This document shows, one piece after another, positions 8,080-17,041 of a stretch of DNA of 48,610 nucleotides. Position 1 is the stretch's first letter. Each line of letters begins with the position of its first letter. The stretch spans positions 1 to 48,610 of IMG/VR virus record IMGVR_UViG_3300012953_000048. The stretch is one strand, 5' to 3'. The stretch comes from a virus. Its lineage: Duplodnaviria; Caudoviricetes. The position numbers and the translations under genes were made by a program. The notes beneath the pieces were generated by a model. The model had not been told where the DNA came from. It made no database searches and saw only the letters and a list, made by a program, of their open reading frames with translations.

Positions 8080-10853
8080 TGGCAACAGTAAAAAAAGGTG
8101 CTAAAATTGATTTTTATAAGTTCGTTGACCCTAATGCGGGAGCGAGCACCACTTCTACTGTTAGATCAAATGCAAGAGGTGCAAATAAAGAATTAACGAG
8201 TGTTATAAAACAAAATACAAGAGCAATTAATAGTATGGGTAGAGTTGTTAACTCTATTGGTAGCACTGTAGTGTCTATAAAAGACGTACAGATGAAGTTG
8301 TTGAAGATAGATGAAGAAAGATTGAAGAAAGCATCATTTGTTCCAAACTATACAAAACGAAAAAAACCTGCTCCATTTAAGGCATTTGATAGTTTATTTA
8401 AAGGAAAAATAAAAGGTTTCTGGGAAAGTATTCTAGGGTTAGCAAGTTCTCTACTAAAATTTTTCCTAGTTCTTCCTGCACTAAAATGGTTAAGTAATCC
8501 AGAAAATCAAGATAAAGTCGTTTCTGGATTAAAAGTTCTTGCTAAAGTATTCAAATTTATTGCTGATGTCGCTAAGTTTTCGTTTGTCAATACTATAGAA
8601 GGACTGTATGATCTTTTAAAGGAAGATGCTACATGGATGGAAAGAATAGGTGGTTTCACCAGAGCACTCATGGGACTAGGAACTGCATTCCTAGGAATTA
8701 GTATACTTACAAAACCTGTAGCAACTGTTCTTGCGCTTAAGAATGTTTTAGTATATTTCGCCACTGGTCTTAAAACTGCAGCACTAGCATTAAAAGCACA
8801 CCCTCTAGTTGCAGCTGCACTAGCAATTGGTGCTATTAGTTTTGTATCTTACGAACTTGTAGGAAAAAAATTACAGAAAGCAGATGAAGAAAGAATAGAT
8901 ACTCAAATTAAAAAATTAGAAGAGGAAGGAGTAGATCCTGGTAAGATTTCTGAAATAATTCAGACAGGAATGGAAGACGTAGGTGGTGGTAATTCTAGAT
9001 ATAATCCAAATTTCGGTAATCCTACTGCTATACCTGGCGATTTTGATTTCAAATCATTCATGCGAGGAGGTTTCTTAGAAGGTTTTGCAAAAGGTGGTTG
9101 GATTTCTGGTCCTCAATCAGGGTATCCTGTATCACTAGATGGTAATAAAGCTGATTTTATTGGACATGGAACTGAGTATGTTGCTCGAAAAGGCAGTGAT
9201 GCATTTATTGTTCCCTTTGATACTCCTGCAACTAAAAATAATCCTGATTTAACATCCCATAGGATGTCGGAAGCAAGAAATTTAGGATTTTTTGATAAAG
9301 GTGGAAGTTATGATGAATTTGCTAGAAGAATGATTAAAATTCATGAGGGATTTAGTCCAAAAGCGTATCCTGATCAAGGCGGAATGTCTATTGGTTATGG
9401 TCACTTAATTAAACCTACCGATAAGTTTCCTCAAACTATTAGTAGAGCACTCGCTAATAAACTATTCAATGAAGATTATAAACTTCATAAACATGCTGCT
9501 ATGGGAATACCTGGATTTGGTGAATCTAGTCCTATGCAAAAAGCGGGATTGATTGATCTAACCTATAACATGGGTCCAGGTTGGCATGAAGGATTCCCTA
9601 AATTTATGACAGCGTACGGTAAAGGAAATTATGAAACTGCTGGTAATGAATTAAAAGATAGTATGTGGTATGATCAAGTAGGACGTAGAGGACCAACTAT
9701 TACCAATTTGATAAAAAATAAAGGTTTATCAAATGAGGTTGGTCAATACTTATTAGATGCAGGTTTGATCGTTCCAAAATCAACTATGAATACTAGAAAG
9801 GGATTTGATTGGTCATTTGGATTATCAAGTTTATTTGGAGGATCTGCTGTTGCAGCTGCAACATTAGATAGTATGAATTTTGTAAGTGAAAATAAACGTG
9901 ATGGTATGAAAACCGATAATAAAACAAAATCATATAACGTTGTTCCAACTTCACATGCAGATACTGGTTCTGGATGGGGTATTGAAGGAGTCACTGATGC
10001 TAGTAATCGTCCTTTAGTATTCTCTCAACCTGCTGCCCAAGCATTTGCAAAAATGATGGTAGCATCACAAGGATTGGTAAAAGGAGCTGACGTTTCAAGT
10101 AGTGGTAGATCAGCAGCGATGAATAAGACCGTTGATGGTCATGAAAATTCTACTCATCTATACGGAGAAGGTCTTTCTATTTCTGGTTCTTCACATAAAT
10201 GGATGAAAAATAACGCTTCTAGATTTGGTTGGGATTATGGATATAATCATAATGCATCTAGTGGTCATTACGATTTTCAAGGTAGAGGTTCGGGTAAGAC
10301 TCCTGTATTAGGAAAAGCAGGAACTGTTCCTTTCTCATATATGAATATGAAAAAGGAAAATAGTGGGAGAACTTTACTTGCTTCAGCAGGTAATATGTCT
10401 GGATTATTTGAAAAACAAAAAGATGTTGGTGGTCTCTTCAATAAAAATACTTTGAATTCTAATTTTGGAGGATTATTTGATATGGGAAGTGGTGATCAAT
10501 TTGGAGGATATCAAGCAAATCCATTTAGACAACAGAATACATCAATGTATGCACAGAATAATACTGAACAACAAAAAGTTCGTAAAGTAACTGAACAAAG
10601 AAATCAAGCAAGAAGAGAGATTAATGCAAAAACTTCTGAGATTGTGCAGATGGCATTATCAGCTGTTGAAGCTCAAAATGGTTCTAACCGTGAATTTATT
10701 CAAACTGCTGAGTCTGCGATTAGGAGTTTATTAGGTGCTCAACAAGGTGGAGGTACGTTTTCTAGTGTTGGTGGATCAACAGGAACTGTATTACGAACTG
10801 CTGTTGCTGTATTAAATTCATTTAATAATCCTTTGAGAGGTATTTTCTCATGA
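8079..10853 (+). CDS. tape-measure-like virion protein (paralogue 2) with GH24 lysozyme and peptidase-M15-like domains
   Basis: IKIHEGFSPKAYPDQGGMSIGYGH..L.YNMG..F.KF......GNYE.A..EL.DS.WY.QVGRRG (lysozyme); AAQAF..M..SS.RS..STHLYG..WM..NA..FGW..HYDF (M15/VanY-like). Confidence 0.75.
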   Translation: MATVKKGAKIDFYKFVDPNAGASTTSTVRSNARGANKELTSVIKQNTRAINSMGRVVNSIGSTVVSIKDVQMKLLKIDEERLKKASFVPNYTKRKKPAPFKAFDSLFKGKIKGFWESILGLASSLLKFFLVLPALKWLSNPENQDKVVSGLKVLAKVFKFIADVAKFSFVNTIEGLYDLLKEDATWMERIGGFTRALMGLGTAFLGISILTKPVATVLALKNVLVYFATGLKTAALALKAHPLVAAALAIGAISFVSYELVGKKLQKADEERIDTQIKKLEEEGVDPGKISEIIQTGMEDVGGGNSRYNPNFGNPTAIPGDFDFKSFMRGGFLEGFAKGGWISGPQSGYPVSLDGNKADFIGHGTEYVARKGSDAFIVPFDTPATKNNPDLTSHRMSEARNLGFFDKGGSYDEFARRMIKIHEGFSPKAYPDQGGMSIGYGHLIKPTDKFPQTISRALANKLFNEDYKLHKHAAMGIPGFGESSPMQKAGLIDLTYNMGPGWHEGFPKFMTAYGKGNYETAGNELKDSMWYDQVGRRGPTITNLIKNKGLSNEVGQYLLDAGLIVPKSTMNTRKGFDWSFGLSSLFGGSAVAAATLDSMNFVSENKRDGMKTDNKTKSYNVVPTSHADTGSGWGIEGVTDASNRPLVFSQPAAQAFAKMMVASQGLVKGADVSSSGRSAAMNKTVDGHENSTHLYGEGLSISGSSHKWMKNNASRFGWDYGYNHNASSGHYDFQGRGSGKTPVLGKAGTVPFSYMNMKKENSGRTLLASAGNMSGLFEKQKDVGGLFNKNTLNSNFGGLFDMGSGDQFGGYQANPFRQQNTSMYAQNNTEQQKVRKVTEQRNQARREINAKTSEIVQMALSAVEAQNGSNREFIQTAESAIRSLLGAQQGGGTFSSVGGSTGTVLRTAVAVLNSFNNPLRGIFS

Positions 10854-12268
10854 GTAAGAACAATACTAAAGACGGAACGTTATTTAGAGAACAGGCAGGT
10901 CAACTTGAAGTAAGTTTGTCTATCTATAAAAACGGAAAGAGAGTAGAGACTTCTGATGGACAATACAACTTAGATTCATTTCTAAGAGGATTTGAAATTT
11001 ATGAGAGTATTGCAAATCCCTGTATGGAGTGTCGTCTTGTTTTAGAAGATGCGGGAGGAATATTAGGATCTTTAACGGGATCTGAATTATTCTTTATTGA
11101 AGTTAGAACCTCTATTAAAGATAGAAATTACTATTTTAGATCATATCAAATTCAATCAAGAGTCAGAACTAGACAAACTAATGAAACTTACTTGATTAAT
11201 TGTGTTTCTGATGAATATATGATCAACGAGACAACAAATATATTTGGTAATTCTGAAGTTGTTTTTAAAAATGAAACCGATGCAGGTGCTATTGTAAAAA
11301 AACTATTAGGGAAAGAATTTATAAAAAGTCAAAAGAAACTTTTTATTGAAAATACTATTAATAAACAGTCATTCATATCTCCAAATTGGAGAGTATTTGA
11401 TTTAATTTATTGGATGTCTCAGAGAAGTATTCGTAAATCTAGTAAGAAGGGTGTTATGCAGAATGGATTTGCCTTCTTTGAAAATGCACTAGGATTTAAT
11501 TTTAAATCAATTGACTCTATGATTGAAGATATTGTTGATCAAAGTGACAAGGATACAAATGTATCGACTGGGAATAAAAAACTATACACTTATGATTACG
11601 TTCCAAAGAGAATGGGTAATGAAGAAAATGATCAATTTAATATTGATCGTATTGCATTTCCTGAGGAGAAAAACTTCTTGATGGGTTTAAGACATGGTTC
11701 TTGGTCAGGATTTAGTGTTGGTTTCGATCCTGTATTCATTACTAGATCTAAAATGGGAACTAGCACAGACTTATCTGCAGACGCTTATCGTTATTCATAT
11801 TCAGATATATGGAAGAGAATGGCACACTTAAATGGTGGTAACTCTGTCAATCCACAGACAAAAATGGATAATATATCTAAAAACTGGGCTAACTATCCTA
11901 AGAGGGTTAGATACTCAATGATTCCTAATCAAATTTTTGATCCAAAATTTAAAAATAATCCTCAAAGAAATTATGAGCAATTAGTTGAATTGCAAGCATA
12001 TCAATGGATGCGTATAGAATCATTGAAACAATGTCAGATGACTATAAAAATACCTGGTAATCTTGATTTATATGCAGGTGCAGGTGTGAATATTAATATA
12101 CCAACAACTTATAAATCTGGTGACACTCCTAAAAGAGATGCCAAATACAGTGGTAAATGGTTAATTGCTGCAGTTGCACATAAATCAGTAGGTTTTAAAT
12201 TTGAAACAGAACTTGCTTTGATGAAAGACTCAGATATACCGAATCTCTCACAAAATAACATCGCATAG
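10850..12268 (+). CDS. baseplate hub protein (gp27-like)
   Basis: IYESI, PNW, FFEN..GFNFKSID, IPGN..L.AG..V.I, D.KYSG.WLI..V.H motifs. Confidence 0.65.
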   Translation: MSKNNTKDGTLFREQAGQLEVSLSIYKNGKRVETSDGQYNLDSFLRGFEIYESIANPCMECRLVLEDAGGILGSLTGSELFFIEVRTSIKDRNYYFRSYQIQSRVRTRQTNETYLINCVSDEYMINETTNIFGNSEVVFKNETDAGAIVKKLLGKEFIKSQKKLFIENTINKQSFISPNWRVFDLIYWMSQRSIRKSSKKGVMQNGFAFFENALGFNFKSIDSMIEDIVDQSDKDTNVSTGNKKLYTYDYVPKRMGNEENDQFNIDRIAFPEEKNFLMGLRHGSWSGFSVGFDPVFITRSKMGTSTDLSADAYRYSYSDIWKRMAHLNGGNSVNPQTKMDNISKNWANYPKRVRYSMIPNQIFDPKFKNNPQRNYEQLVELQAYQWMRIESLKQCQMTIKIPGNLDLYAGAGVNINIPTTYKSGDTPKRDAKYSGKWLIAAVAHKSVGFKFETELALMKDSDIPNLSQNNIA

Positions 12269-12310
12269 TTGACAATATCACTAGTTTTTTATAAAATAGT
12301 ATTATAAATA
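12269..12310 (+). promoter_or_regulatory. sigma70-like promoter plus tandem late promoter for cp12-cpeT
   Basis: TTGACA(12269)-17 nt-TAAAAT(12292); TATAAATA at 12303-12310; GAGG before ATG 12335. Confidence 0.75.
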
Positions 12311-12334
12311 ATTCTGTATCAACGAGGTACAATA

Positions 12335-12562
12335 ATGAAAAGTATAGAAGACCACATTAAAAAAGATCAAGACATCATTGATGACCCAATGGCAAATCCT
12401 GCAGCACGCAGACATGCTAAAGTCGAACTACATGATTTAGTGGATTACGCAGAACATCATAAGGCAGAGATCGAAGCAGGAGATCATCATGATCCTAATG
12501 CACTTGAACTATGGTGCGACCAAAATCCAGAAGAACCAGAATGCTTGGTGTATGACGATTGA
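12335..12562 (+). CDS. cp12: CP12 Calvin-cycle inhibitor (auxiliary metabolic gene)
   Basis: C-terminal LELWCDQNPEEPECLVYDD signature; N-terminal Cys pair absent. Confidence 0.95.
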   Translation: MKSIEDHIKKDQDIIDDPMANPAARRHAKVELHDLVDYAEHHKAEIEAGDHHDPNALELWCDQNPEEPECLVYDD

Positions 12563-13010
12563 TGAGTATCTTTTAGGATACTGGACAAATAGATATCAAG
12601 CACAATCTGCTCCTCACCATTTCTCTACTGTTGAAACTGTATGGGAAAAGGTGGAGGGTGGTTATCATTCAAAGAATTTTTATAGAAGAGATGGTGCTAA
12701 TAAACCATATAGAGAAAGATATCATAAGATCGATATAATATCAGAAGACGAAGTAATTTTTCAAAACTATAACTTAGACTGGACAAGATCAGAGAATTGT
12801 GATATGATATTTACATTCGATGGTGAAGCATGGCATGGACATCTAGTCGGTGATAAATGCACTGGTGCCAAAGGATATAAAATTATATCTGAGATCAGTC
12901 TTTACGGAGATAAACTTCATAGTATGGATCAAGGATATGATGATAAAGGTAACATGGTATGGGGTAGTGAGGGAATTTATAAATTTACCCGTTGGATCGA
13001 CCCTAAATAA
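12552..13010 (+). CDS. cpeT: CpeT/CpcT-like phycobiliprotein lyase
   Basis: G.W.N..QAQS.P..F, PYR, CD..F......W.G....C, DQG.D..G..VWGS; start moved to ATG 12552. Confidence 0.88.
   Translation: MTIDEYLLGYWTNRYQAQSAPHHFSTVETVWEKVEGGYHSKNFYRRDGANKPYRERYHKIDIISEDEVIFQNYNLDWTRSENCDMIFTFDGEAWHGHLVGDKCTGAKGYKIISEISLYGDKLHSMDQGYDDKGNMVWGSEGIYKFTRWIDPK
13004..13009 (+). promoter_or_regulatory. late promoter (TAAATA)
   Basis: 22 nt before the gp5 ATG. Confidence 0.55.
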
Positions 13011-13031
13011 ACTTGTAGCAATCTCAGAAAT

Positions 13032-15575
13032 ATGCAGACCATTGATGGTATTATAAATGAACCTACGGTCAATTTTGTAGGAAAAGACGGTTTTTTCTGG
13101 TGGGTTGGTGAAGTAGAAGACAATGAAGATCCTATGGAACTTGGTAGGGTCAAAGTTCGTGTGCTTGGATATTATACTAACGTACGAGGTGGAACAACTT
13201 CAGCACTCCCTACAGAAAGTCTACCTTGGGCAACATGTTTGCAACACACTTCTCAGGCAGGTAACGACGGACAAGGTGAGAGTTCTGGACAACTTCAACC
13301 TGGTGCAATTGTCATGGGATTCTTTATGGATGGCGATCAGGCACAGATGCCTATTGTCATGGGAGTTCTTCGTGTTCAAAAATCAAACGATACAAAAATA
13401 AAACAACAGTTTGCTTTTACAGGTGAAGCAATGGAGCCTGGTCTTAGTGTCAACGCTTCTGCATTACATCCTGCAAAACCAAACTCTACAATGGCAGGAA
13501 CCAAAGAAGAAGGTTTTTTAAGACAGAGTGAAAATAACACTGTTGTAATGCCTGGCATGGAAACAGGAACAGTTGGAGGTCCTGGTTCTCCTGCTAATAT
13601 TGGAACTGCTGTAGGTCTTGGAGGTAGTTCTTTTAACGCAGTAAAACCTAGAGATCCCGTTAAACCAATTCCTGCTGCTAATGGTGTTGGTGGTCCTTGG
13701 AGAAGTTTAGAATATAAACTTGCATATTTAATTGAAGACGTTGCTGATAGTGCAGCAACTCTTGTCAAAAATGAAGACGGGGACTTCCTTGACATGTTGA
13801 CGGGTAAGATTGTAACTGCACAAGAATTAACTGCTAAGGTGCAAAACTTTCTGAGTGCTATATTCACTCAGGTTGTTGGTGCAATAAGACAATCATTGGC
13901 AAACCTTGCAGAACAATTAAATGTTATAACTCTTTTAGCTGGTGCAACTGGAATTCCATTTGTGAGTTTTGCTGCTATTACTAAAGCAGTGCAAATGATT
14001 TTGAGTTCTCTTTGTATTGTTGATAAAGATTTACTAAGTTTAATTCAATCCCCTATCGATAGTCTTCTCAACACTCTTAATTCATTTCTTGATGGTGTAA
14101 TTGATCAAGCATCTATGGTTTTACAAAGTGTTCAGAAAGTGATTGATGATATTGTTTGCTCAGTTCAATCTGTTCTTAGTAAAGCACTTGGAATCGTAAA
14201 TGATGTAAAATCTATTGTCTCAGGGATCGAAAAAGCACAAGAACTTATTAAAACATGGGAAAGTGGAACACAAATTTTTAATGATCTTCAAAGTTTTTTT
14301 AAGAATGGAATAAGCAATCTATCTGGATTGATGGCATTATTCCTTAAGTTTGCAGGAAGTAACTGTAATCGTGAACTTACTGGTGCTAAAGATACTGTTG
14401 GTTGGTATCCTTTATTCGGTGTAACACATTGTACACCTGAGGAACTTGCAGCTATTAATGCCATTAAAGGAAACAGTCATGGTGATTGTGGTGATAATGA
14501 TAAAGGTGGTGGATTACTTGATAATATTATTTCAAAGGCAGATCCATATCTGTCTGCTGCTAAAAATTGGGTAAATGGTGCATCGGAATTATACATTGGC
14601 ACACCTGGTCGTACGGCAACTATTACTCGTAGAGAGAACGGAACAACATATACATCAGTCAAAGTGAGTCAGAGAGCATATGCTGAATACACATATAAGA
14701 AAGCATTGCGTGAACAAAAACCAGAGATATCTGAGGATGAGTTGGAGGAGAAGTTAGCAGCATATAGAAAACAGCAGTCTGGAAAGAAAGACGATGTTTT
14801 ACTTGCAGATCATATAACATACGTTGGTAATCATACAGAAGAATGTCATGGTGATGAATGTAAAGCAATTGATGGTAATCAAGTTACAAATATTGAAGGT
14901 GACTATCATTTAGATGTTACTGGTGATTTTCATATATCTGTTGGTGGATCATTAATGTTGAATGCTCAAGGTGCACCTAAACAAGTAAAGAAAGATGGAA
15001 GTAAGGAAGATGGAATTAAGAAACATTCATTAATATTTGGTTCTGATGTTGATATGAATATTACAGGTGCTGCATTTACCTATGAAGGTGCAGAATTTAA
15101 CATGGGTGCGGTTACTACAAAAATTACTGGATCTGACTTTGAGGTCTCATCTTCAAATCAAAATCTCTCAGGTGTTGAACTCATACTTAATGCATCTAAC
15201 GCTGTTAATATTGTTACTCCACATTTGAATGAAATGATCAACTTCCCTCCTGCAACCTTAACACCTAAGGCTAAAACTGGTATTTCAAGAATGGTAGGTG
15301 GTTCTATGGAAACTTATATGACACCTGCAATAAATGCTCCTACTGAGACTATCCCTAGACATATCGTTGCAAACCCCTCAGGATTTGCTTTACACCAAAA
15401 TGGTATAGCATATACAAACATAGTTGCTACAGGAGCATGGAACGCAACTGCTCTAGCAGGTGTTTGTAATCTAAAAGCATTAGCTGGTGTTGTTAATATT
15501 ACTGCGGGTGCTGCAATGAATCTTACAGCAACTGCAGCAGTTAATATAAAAGGGCTTTCCATTTTCTTAAATTAG
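13032..15575 (+). CDS. gp5: baseplate central spike gp5 (no internal lysozyme domain visible)
   Basis: F.WWVGEVED..DP..LGRVKVR..G.Y, LPWA, V.GFFMDG..AQ.P.V.G OB-fold; beta-helix-like C-terminus ending IFLN. Confidence 0.9.
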   Translation: MQTIDGIINEPTVNFVGKDGFFWWVGEVEDNEDPMELGRVKVRVLGYYTNVRGGTTSALPTESLPWATCLQHTSQAGNDGQGESSGQLQPGAIVMGFFMDGDQAQMPIVMGVLRVQKSNDTKIKQQFAFTGEAMEPGLSVNASALHPAKPNSTMAGTKEEGFLRQSENNTVVMPGMETGTVGGPGSPANIGTAVGLGGSSFNAVKPRDPVKPIPAANGVGGPWRSLEYKLAYLIEDVADSAATLVKNEDGDFLDMLTGKIVTAQELTAKVQNFLSAIFTQVVGAIRQSLANLAEQLNVITLLAGATGIPFVSFAAITKAVQMILSSLCIVDKDLLSLIQSPIDSLLNTLNSFLDGVIDQASMVLQSVQKVIDDIVCSVQSVLSKALGIVNDVKSIVSGIEKAQELIKTWESGTQIFNDLQSFFKNGISNLSGLMALFLKFAGSNCNRELTGAKDTVGWYPLFGVTHCTPEELAAINAIKGNSHGDCGDNDKGGGLLDNIISKADPYLSAAKNWVNGASELYIGTPGRTATITRRENGTTYTSVKVSQRAYAEYTYKKALREQKPEISEDELEEKLAAYRKQQSGKKDDVLLADHITYVGNHTEECHGDECKAIDGNQVTNIEGDYHLDVTGDFHISVGGSLMLNAQGAPKQVKKDGSKEDGIKKHSLIFGSDVDMNITGAAFTYEGAEFNMGAVTTKITGSDFEVSSSNQNLSGVELILNASNAVNIVTPHLNEMINFPPATLTPKAKTGISRMVGGSMETYMTPAINAPTETIPRHIVANPSGFALHQNGIAYTNIVATGAWNATALAGVCNLKALAGVVNITAGAAMNLTATAAVNIKGLSIFLN

Positions 15576-15606
15576 TGCTATAATAAAAGGGTAAACAAAG
15601 GACCCA

Positions 15607-15801
15607 ATGATTGACACAGAACAAATCTTTATTAATTTATCTAAGAGATCTATTACATTCATAGATATAGATGGACAAGATAAAGAAATAATGTGGGAAT
15701 GGAACAAAGAGGGAGCAGAAGGTTTCTCTGAGTCTATTTCTGACATTGTTGACACAGTTGACTCCGATTTCATTACTTATTGTTTTGCAGAAACCGAATG
15801 A
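15607..15801 (+). CDS. hypothetical protein
   Basis: AAGGA SD; TGCTATAAT about 30 nt upstream; acidic, 64 aa. Confidence 0.7.
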   Translation: MIDTEQIFINLSKRSITFIDIDGQDKEIMWEWNKEGAEGFSESISDIVDTVDSDFITYCFAETE

Positions 15802-15947
15802 TTATCCCACATTATACACTCAATCCTGATATTACATTTCCAATTTCAGTAGCAGTAGTTACTGTGATGTTGGCAGGATATGGTGTATACAAGGGATTTT
15901 TTGCTAATGAAAATTTAACAGATCCATGGGACGATCACGATGATTAA
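15798..15947 (+). CDS. psbN: photosystem II assembly factor PsbN (49 aa), not in ORF track
   Basis: MIIPHYTLNPDITFPISVAVVTVMLAGYGVYKGFFANENLTDPWDDHDD*: one TM helix, GY.(V/L)Y..F and L.DP(F/W)..H.D signature; ATGA coupling. Confidence 0.88.
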   Translation: MIIPHYTLNPDITFPISVAVVTVMLAGYGVYKGFFANENLTDPWDDHDD

Positions 15948-16089
15948 ACTCGTTGAGTATATAGTTCTAATAGGAGTAATAGTATTCCTAGGATTGGTAT
16001 TCCTTATTGAGATACTAGATCTGTTTATTTTTAGACCCATTTACCAAAAGTTATTTAAAAAGAAAAAACGCAGGAGAAAAAGAGTATGA
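15940..16089 (+). CDS. small single-TM protein with basic tail (49 aa), not in ORF track
   Basis: MIKLVEYIVLIGVIVFLGLVFLIEILDLFIFRPIYQKLFKKKKRRRKRV*; overlaps both neighbours. Confidence 0.6.
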   Translation: MIKLVEYIVLIGVIVFLGLVFLIEILDLFIFRPIYQKLFKKKKRRRKRV

Positions 16090-16301
16090 TTGGACCTATT
16101 GGTATTACTCAGGAACAAGCAAATGAAAATTTTCATTTTATTATGGATCTGACAGATACACAGAGAGTTTGTTGGAAAATTTCTAAATCCGACGGTGGAT
16201 CTGTCATGTTAGTTCCTGTAAATGAAGTTGCTCCTGTTCCTAATGAAATTCAAGATCAGGTAGATGAGTTCCGTAAGCAATTTGTAGACAAAAACCCGTA
16301 G
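16086..16301 (+). CDS. hypothetical protein, Phd/YefM antitoxin-like pattern
   Basis: IT..QA..NF..IMD.......W.I......VMLVP resembles the Phd/YefM N-domain; AGGAG SD. Confidence 0.55.
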   Translation: MIGPIGITQEQANENFHFIMDLTDTQRVCWKISKSDGGSVMLVPVNEVAPVPNEIQDQVDEFRKQFVDKNP

Positions 16302-16367
16302 AAATACGGGGGAGTACAAAAGATCTCTAAGTAGAAAGAGTGCCCCCTTTTCAAAAACAAAAATAAC

Positions 16368-16445
16368 ATGACCGCATTTATCATTATTACCGTGCTTATT
16401 GTGGTAGCAGGAGCACTCATAAGGTACTACGATCCTCACACATGA
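16368..16445 (+). CDS. 25-aa hydrophobic micro-protein, not in ORF track
   Basis: MTAFIIITVLIVVAGALIRYYDPHT*; ATGA coupling to the next gene. Confidence 0.5.
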   Translation: MTAFIIITVLIVVAGALIRYYDPHT

Positions 16446-17041
16446 AAATTAACGTTCGTACGAACCCCTTTCCAGTATTATTCATAGAGGATCTGTATAC
16501 AGAGGAAGAACTACATCTAATACAATGTGAGTTGGATTATTATCAATCAAACAAATTTATATTAGATGGAAATACTAATCCTTCTGTAACAGACGATGGA
16601 GAACCAAGAACTAAAAAGAAAGGTGGTTTTATTGACAATTTTTATCAAAACAGAGACTATTCTAATATCTTAAATGTTTCTAGAAAGGTATTAGAACCTG
16701 GTCTTATATGTCGTAGTGATCATGTTTTTCAATGGAAGTATTTTCAACCTGACAGTGATACCACTTTACTTTCTTATTATGATGATGGCGGATACTATCT
16801 ACCACACCATGATAATACTGTAATTAGTATAATCACATGGTTATGGAAAGAACCTCAACGTTTTGAAGGTGGTGATTTTGTTTTTGAGGATTATGAGTTG
16901 ATAATTAAATGTAAAAATAATAGTGCTGTTGCCTTTCCTGGCACAACTAGACATGGGGTGACTCCCATTACGATGGAAGATCAATATAAAAATCAAGGTT
17001 TAGGTAGGTATTCTTTTTCACAATTTTTAAATTTTTCATAA
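16442..17041 (+). CDS. 2OG-Fe(II) oxygenase (prolyl-hydroxylase-like)
   Basis: YYLPHHD (HxD), F.GG.F, FP....H.V, GRYS. Confidence 0.88.
   Translation: MKINVRTNPFPVLFIEDLYTEEELHLIQCELDYYQSNKFILDGNTNPSVTDDGEPRTKKKGGFIDNFYQNRDYSNILNVSRKVLEPGLICRSDHVFQWKYFQPDSDTTLLSYYDDGGYYLPHHDNTVISIITWLWKEPQRFEGGDFVFEDYELIIKCKNNSAVAFPGTTRHGVTPITMEDQYKNQGLGRYSFSQFLNFS

Noticed and set aside
4827-15562. Antisense and nested ORFs in the track (e.g. 6144-6584, 6984-7364, 13376-13867)
   Set aside because: Shadows of well-supported genes, with no independent motifs or expression signals.
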